Assembly: GCA_977020255.1 (NCBI GenBank)
Contig: CDROCS010004085.1
Span: 434,001 to 498,000, forward strand
DNA length: 64,000 nucleotides
Direction: 5' to 3'
Source of the DNA: Obrimoposthia wandeli
Taxonomy: Eukaryota
Each line of letters starts with the position of its first letter. Position 1 is the first letter of the stretch. Positions 58,689 to 64,000 of this stretch are shown piece by piece. Both the position numbers and the translations under genes were made by a program. Below the pieces are notes generated by a model that ran no database searches, was not told the origin of the DNA, and saw only the letters and a program-made list of their open reading frames with translations.

Positions 58689-58768
58689 GGTAATTCCTTT
58701 ATCTTATCGAATAGCGCTCTGCGAAGCGTTTACTGGCAGGTAATCGTTTTCGTCTTATGAGCAGGCAC

Positions 58769-58835
58769 AAAAAAACCGGAGCGTTGGCAGACGCTCCGGT
58801 TTTCAGTATTATAGAGCCAGAAACTTTTTTAACAA
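58769..58835 (-). promoter_or_regulatory. guaC promoter followed immediately by an intrinsic terminator hairpin (leader attenuator)
   Basis: Minus strand: TTGTTA, 16 bp, TATAAT (58813-58808), then GAAAA-CCGGAGCGT-ctgcca-ACGCTCCGG-TTTTTTT, ending about 80 nt before the ATG. Confidence 0.7.
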
Positions 58836-59015
58836 GTCTAATAATACGATTTTTTTTGTGATATCCTCCATAAGATTACATCTGCAAAAACTCAATATTT
58901 CTTCTGTTTTTATCATTTTTTCCTGATCTTTTAATCAATCTCTTTCATTTTGCTCAAATCCTTGCATAATTCTTAATTCCTTCGTGTTTGTCGGCTATAT
59001 TTCATACAGAAGGAA

Positions 59016-59384
59016 GTGGGTTGTAAACATTGCACAGTGGATAGGTTAGTTACTTTGAATAAAAGAAAAATAAAAAAAATATTCCCGCTCGACTTTTTTG
59101 GGGAAGATGGCTGCTGGCGTTTTATTATACGGGCAGAAAACCCTGATGAAATTATTGATGCAATGTATTGGCGTGCATATATTTCGTGTCATCGAAAAGA
59201 TTTTGATTTGATGCATTTAGCAACAGATAAGTTTAATTATAAGTATAACTACTCATCATCTGATTCTTCAGAGCTGCATTATGGTTTAGGTGCCGCACCA
59301 TTAAGGGTGAATATGATGGGCCCTATAGTCCCCATTTCTACGATTCTTAATAAATGGTCTAACATAGCCAGTGTTGTTGCTTAA
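59016..59384 (+). CDS. Hypothetical protein (start uncertain, possibly TTG 59055)
   Basis: Open 122-aa frame followed by a strong terminator (about 59411-59447); no recognised motif. Confidence 0.6.
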   Translation: MGCKHCTVDRLVTLNKRKIKKIFPLDFFGEDGCWRFIIRAENPDEIIDAMYWRAYISCHRKDFDLMHLATDKFNYKYNYSSSDSSELHYGLGAAPLRVNMMGPIVPISTILNKWSNIASVVA

Positions 59385-59570
59385 TTAAGGTGATTAATAA
59401 CCATTTAAGTAAAAAACGGGATACCTTAATGTGGTATCCCGTTTTTTTATGCATGAAGAAATAGCGACGATTGAAGATATACCAAGGTAGCTTGGGTATA
59501 CTGCTTTACAGTACACTTAGGGTTACCGTTATGTAACACCCATAGGAAACGGTCTAAGGAAGGATCAACA

Positions 59571-60068
59571 ATGCAATTTAAACAAAAAATATCGACGCTG
59601 GGGTTATTGCTTCCTTTTATGTTGATTTCATCGTCAGTAATGGCTTCATCATCGCAGTTTAATTTTGATGGTAAATGGCAATGTGAGCCTACTGAAGTAA
59701 CGGACCCCAATGAAGAAAGTTGGGTGATGTATGACTTTCGTGATAATGGAACGGTGATGTCTGAAGAGTGGGTACGTTATCAATCAGAGAAAAAAACACA
59801 GTTAGAATTTAAATTATTTATTGATTATCGTTTTGAGTTAAAAGGGAATGATTACGTGTTAAGGCCCTTAGCATTAACGCGTGAAATCATCTCTGACCCA
59901 CACAATATTGACCCTTTTAATTACGATCAACGCCGTGATCTTACCGGTTATCGAATTTTCTTTAAGCCAACATTGAAAAGCGATGAAAAAGCGCAATTTG
60001 ATATGTGGTATCACATTACCCCAGAAGATCACTTTTCGATGCAGTGTGAAAAACAAAATCGAGCATAA
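59571..60068 (+). CDS. Hypothetical exported protein
   Basis: AAGGA SD, signal peptide ending VMA, DGKWQC...C pair, beta-rich pattern. Confidence 0.75.
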   Translation: MQFKQKISTLGLLLPFMLISSSVMASSSQFNFDGKWQCEPTEVTDPNEESWVMYDFRDNGTVMSEEWVRYQSEKKTQLEFKLFIDYRFELKGNDYVLRPLALTREIISDPHNIDPFNYDQRRDLTGYRIFFKPTLKSDEKAQFDMWYHITPEDHFSMQCEKQNRA

Positions 60069-60087
60069 GTATGCTTATTATATGTTA

Positions 60088-61101
60088 TTAATAACGGCTA
60101 CGTTCGAGTAATTTTTGTTGGTATTCATAGGGGGTTACTCCTCTATATTTTTGAAAAGCTTTACTAAAACTCTGTGTGTTAGTATATCCGAGTTCTTTAG
60201 CAATATCGGCTATTTTCATGCCTTCCATCATATATTTAATCGCTAAATTACACAGAACGTAGCTCGTAATAACAGTAAAATTCCAACCATATTCATGTAA
60301 ACGGCGTTGAAGTTGTTGACGTGATAATCCAATAAGTTTAGCCACAAAGTCAACATTTGGGCGACCATAATATCGAGCGTAATTGACCAGTTCAAATATT
60401 ACTTTTGCGGTGTCTTGTGGTTGAGGCATGTTTAGTAAATCATCAAGTTGTAAGTTAGACATCATGATTGGGCGTGTAACCGAAAATTCCTTTTTATTGC
60501 CAGTAACTAAAATAGCCATATCGATCCACACCTTGGTTTCGGGGGCATTCCATTGAATGTTACAACCAAAGAAAGCTTCAGCTTTACCTTTTCCGCAAGG
60601 TGGGCCACTTATCTCTACTGAAATTGGGCAGTATTTTTCTCCCATATAATATCTTAGCGCGTGCATATACATAATAGCGACACGCAAGCTGTCTTGTAAG
60701 CGAGCACGTCCTTTAGCTTTACTGCTGTTGTAGCACCACTTAATCATTTTTCCTGATTGCTCACCGTGGAATGTCGTACCCGATTGTAAGCATGATGTTC
60801 CATAGTTAATACGACGAAAGGCGAGAGAGAGATCAGGGCAAGATAAAAACCACTCTCCAATATACCCCATATTAGAAAACGTCAATTCTGAAGCAATATC
60901 TATCATATAGGCTGGATTGTTTGTTTTATGTTCGATATTTTCTAACCATATCATTACTTCAGAAAGAGGAATTAATGACATTGGCTCATCAATAATACGT
61001 TTTGGTATGCCTAAATCATTTGAAGTAAGTCCCAATTTTTTTTCAATACCAGCAATGAGAGGCAGTAAAAAAGCCGTTCTGATAAATGGAATATCAATCA
61101 T
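60088..61101 (-). CDS. AraC family regulator (N-terminal ligand-binding domain)
   Basis: C-terminal SRQQLQRRL and IA.ELGY....SFSKAF.KY.G.TP double HTH. Confidence 0.9.
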   Translation of the reverse strand: MIDIPFIRTAFLLPLIAGIEKKLGLTSNDLGIPKRIIDEPMSLIPLSEVMIWLENIEHKTNNPAYMIDIASELTFSNMGYIGEWFLSCPDLSLAFRRINYGTSCLQSGTTFHGEQSGKMIKWCYNSSKAKGRARLQDSLRVAIMYMHALRYYMGEKYCPISVEISGPPCGKGKAEAFFGCNIQWNAPETKVWIDMAILVTGNKKEFSVTRPIMMSNLQLDDLLNMPQPQDTAKVIFELVNYARYYGRPNVDFVAKLIGLSRQQLQRRLHEYGWNFTVITSYVLCNLAIKYMMEGMKIADIAKELGYTNTQSFSKAFQKYRGVTPYEYQQKLLERSRY

Positions 61102-61285
61102 ATTTTATCTCGTTGAAATGACACTAAACTGTTTCTGAATATTACATTTCGGATAGAACAAATCAACAATTTGATTTTATTGATTTATTCTATCCGTAAT
61201 TGGTGTTTTTTACGTGATATCAATAACAATACTCGAAAATAAAAATACGAAATAATAATTTCTCTCATGAAATTGGAGATTGTAA

Positions 61286-61678
61286 ATGAGCCTCTTTAGT
61301 ATGCCATTCGTTGATACTGGCGTAGATACAGCTTTGCATGTCGTTGCCGCGATTGTTCTGATTGGCACTATTGCTGCCGTTGGTATCGGTTTTTGGAAGA
61401 TACACGAATTACCTATTCATAAAGCATCAAGCAAAGAACATCATCAAATAGGACTGATTACCGCCCTTACATGGATTGGCTTTATATGGCATTGGGTGTG
61501 GGTAGTTGCTGTAATTATCGCCTTTGTAGATGGCGAACAAGCATTGCGTCGAATTCGTGATATTTGGAAAGAAGACACTGATTCTAAGTATGTCCCACCT
61601 TCTGAATATAAAAAAGAACATGAAGCAACAACGTCTTCATCTGTAACCACAACACTAAAGGATACTGAGCATGCTTGA
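61286..61678 (+). CDS. Small membrane protein (DUF3302/YibI-like)
   Basis: Hydrophobic helices flanking WKIHELPIHKA..K.HHQ; stop overlaps the next gene. Confidence 0.7.
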   Translation: MSLFSMPFVDTGVDTALHVVAAIVLIGTIAAVGIGFWKIHELPIHKASSKEHHQIGLITALTWIGFIWHWVWVVAVIIAFVDGEQALRRIRDIWKEDTDSKYVPPSEYKKEHEATTSSSVTTTLKDTEHA

Positions 61679-62894
61679 AGGTTTAGCTGTTTGGGCTTTG
61701 TTTATTTATCTACTTCGCTTAGTGGGTATGCCGTGGAATAAGTATTCTAAAAGTTTTGCCTATTTAGGAGGAACAGGCTGGTTGATGTTTGTATGGGTTG
61801 GGCTTATCACATTTGCCCCGATGGATCTGTCTGGTGGCTCACTGGTGCAATCACCCCATATTCAACTTCGCCCAGGTTCGACGAAAATTAAGGGGCATGT
61901 GAAAGCTATTTACGTAAGCCCTAATGAAAAGGTGAATAAAGGTCAATTGATCTATGAAATTGATGATGAACCTTACGTCATTGCGAAGAATAAAGCTGAG
62001 ACATTACTTAATTCAGCAAGGGTTTCATTAAGTATTTCTAAAGAAGATGTTCGTATTTTTGAATCGTCATATCAAGCGTCATTGAAAGATATTGAAATTT
62101 CCGAGAACGAAATTAATGCAGCTGAAGAAGATTTAAGATGGAAACAGACAACATATAATCGTTATATTGAGCAAAATAAAGTTGTTAATCATACAATTAC
62201 TGAAAGTATGCTCGATGAACAAAGTACAGCGGTAGAAGTGGCGAAAGCCAAGAAAATCACATTGGTATCTCAGTTAGATAAATCAATATTATCAGCAAGC
62301 AAAGCTAAATTAGATTTTGAAAAATCACAGCTGAATGTAAATAGTCATGAGGTTGATGTTGTAACCGAACAAGAAAATGTCGCGCAAGCACAGTGGAATT
62401 TAGATAACACCAAAGTACATGCTCCCGCTGATGGTTATTTGACGAATTTTATTATGCGTGAAGGGCAATATGTCGGTGTTATGCCACGTATTCAGATGTA
62501 CACCGAAGAAAAATACGTATTAATGCGAGTTAACCACCAGGCAATTCGTAATGTAAAATCAGGGCAGATGGCTGAATTTACTTCTGCGGTTTATCCCGGA
62601 AAAGTATTTAATGCGGAAGTGGAAGGTATTATTGAAGCCACGGGTGAATCGCAGGGTAGCTTATTAGCTCGAGACGATAATGTTCGACAAGTAACAGGTG
62701 CTAATGTTGCGAATAAACACCACTTTGTTCGATTAAAACTTAATGAAACAGATGGTTACGATATTCCAGTAGGTTCTGTAGGTTTAGCATGGATAAGTGC
62801 AGAGAAGCCATTTGGCTTTCTTGGATTCTTAGATGTTATTCGAGGAATCATTATTCGAATGAAATCGCAAATCTTCTACATTTGGTCAATGTAA
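61671..62894 (+). CDS. HlyD family membrane fusion protein (YibH-like)
   Basis: N-terminal TM, V.KGQLIYEIDDEPY lipoyl half, coiled coil, A.WNLDNTKV.APADGY.TN second half. Confidence 0.88.
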   Translation: MLEGLAVWALFIYLLRLVGMPWNKYSKSFAYLGGTGWLMFVWVGLITFAPMDLSGGSLVQSPHIQLRPGSTKIKGHVKAIYVSPNEKVNKGQLIYEIDDEPYVIAKNKAETLLNSARVSLSISKEDVRIFESSYQASLKDIEISENEINAAEEDLRWKQTTYNRYIEQNKVVNHTITESMLDEQSTAVEVAKAKKITLVSQLDKSILSASKAKLDFEKSQLNVNSHEVDVVTEQENVAQAQWNLDNTKVHAPADGYLTNFIMREGQYVGVMPRIQMYTEEKYVLMRVNHQAIRNVKSGQMAEFTSAVYPGKVFNAEVEGIIEATGESQGSLLARDDNVRQVTGANVANKHHFVRLKLNETDGYDIPVGSVGLAWISAEKPFGFLGFLDVIRGIIIRMKSQIFYIWSM

Positions 62895-63067
62895 ATCGAC
62901 TGATAAAAAACGCACAAACATCTTCGGTATGCTATTCAAAAGTAAACCGTAGTGAGAAATTTAGGCGCTGAAACCGCTAACCATTTTTGCAGTACAAATG
63001 CTGACTGTAATTCGCTGTAACTCTTTGAGGCTTAAGGGTTACAGCTTTTTTTTATCTGAAATTCACG

Positions 63068-64000
63068 TTAATCTTGCCGTAGATTTTTAACCATAGAAAT
63101 CGGGGTAGGGTAATATTTAACCACCCAATAAGTTGAAATTACAAATGTACTCAACGTTGCAGCTTGTATAAACATCATGCCTTCTTGTGAAACGACTTCT
63201 GCGGTCATGGCGGAATAAGCCAATAATAATGAAAACTCGCTAGCTTGGCTCAATCGAGCGCTTAGTTCTTTATTCATGCTGGGCTTTTCTTTTGCTATAT
63301 GTAAGGCGAAGCGAAATCCCCACGCTTTAATTAAGATCAATATGCCGCCAAATATGCATCCCCATAACGTGTAGATATTCGCTGTGGTTAGGTTCATTCG
63401 TGCACCAATAGAAAAGAAAAACAGAATCAGAAAAAACTCACGTAGAGGCTTTAAGTGAATAGAAATAGCCTGAGACACACGGCTGACAGCAATAGATAAC
63501 CCTGCAATGAATGCACCGCTTTCATAAGATAATCCAACTTGATGCCCCGTTTCAGCCCACAGTAAACACCACGCTAGTGTAGTCACAAAACTGTATTCTT
63601 GAATAACATCAAACCGGCTTAATAACGGTAGAACAACATACCTCACGCCTAAATAAGCGCAAATACACATCAGGCTAAATTTCAGTAAGAGCATGCCAAA
63701 CGCGAGTATCATGCCGTCATTGCTATCGACGTTGAGAAATAAAATAACCGTGATGGCGAGAATATCTTGTACCAGTAAGATACTAGTCATGATTTCACCC
63801 ATCCGCTTATGATGCAGTGTTGTGGTCGGAATTAATTTTAATCCAATAACGGTACTGGAAAACATGAGGGCAGCAGCAGCAACGAGTGCATCATGCAGGG
63901 CGAGTTGAATGGCTAAACCAAACCCCAATGTGCATAAAAAGAAAAAGCTGCACGTACCTAATGTCACCATGGCACTTTGTTTAAATAGGCGAAGTAACTT
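63068..64000 (-). CDS. Cation:proton antiporter (CPA2/Kef-type), 5' end beyond the window
   Basis: FSSTVIGLKL, SILLVQDI, GAFIAGL, FFLILFFFSIG, LSQASEFS. Confidence 0.85.
   Translation of the reverse strand, partial: KLLRLFKQSAMVTLGTCSFFFLCTLGFGLAIQLALHDALVAAAALMFSSTVIGLKLIPTTTLHHKRMGEIMTSILLVQDILAITVILFLNVDSNDGMILAFGMLLLKFSLMCICAYLGVRYVVLPLLSRFDVIQEYSFVTTLAWCLLWAETGHQVGLSYESGAFIAGLSIAVSRVSQAISIHLKPLREFFLILFFFSIGARMNLTTANIYTLWGCIFGGILILIKAWGFRFALHIAKEKPSMNKELSARLSQASEFSLLLAYSAMTAEVVSQEGMMFIQAATLSTFVISTYWVVKYYPTPISMVKNLRQD

Noticed and set aside
518-62971. The many 60-130 aa ORFs nested antisense or out of frame within long genes
   Set aside because: Each lies inside a well-supported CDS and shows no family motifs or SD; treated as shadow ORFs.
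1-64000. IS elements, integron cassettes, prophage, CRISPR arrays, tRNA/rRNA and anti-phage defence genes
   Set aside because: I saw no transposase, integrase or phage-like ORFs, no regularly spaced repeat arrays and no recognisable structural RNA genes by eye.

Overview
AT-rich (roughly 40% GC by eye) Vibrionaceae DNA, most like a Photobacterium secondary-chromosome accessory/metabolic region. I found no rRNA, tRNA, IS, integron or CRISPR. Main content: an EB_dh-type heme protein, catalase and TerC; a LacI-controlled ABC importer plus metallophosphoesterase operon; a YcbX-FNR-ferredoxin fusion; a collapsed aldB/sigma54-activator pseudogene locus; a complete C-P lyase operon (phnCDEFGHIJKLMNP, no phnO) with a Pho box and two matching candidate PhnF operators; an MCP; gbpA behind a c-di-GMP-I riboswitch; a frameshifted SMR transporter missed by the ORF track; L-serine dehydratase; a yegUVW-like cluster with an NCS1 permease; MocR/LysE; dmsABC with divergent dmsD and a napF-like gene; a tandem-domain QueD-like gene; a two-spondin plus two-component-system cassette; DMT, DsbA/FrnE and an HxlR pair; dcuC; guaC with a terminator hairpin at the predicted start of its transcript; an AraC/DUF3302-like/HlyD module; and a partial CPA2 antiporter. 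The best leads for something uncharacterised are the apparently autoregulated spondin/TCS cassette (48.9-52.8 kb), the guaC leader attenuator, the LacI-ABC-phosphodiesterase operon and the PhnF operator pair. All family calls come from motif recognition by eye; no database search was run.
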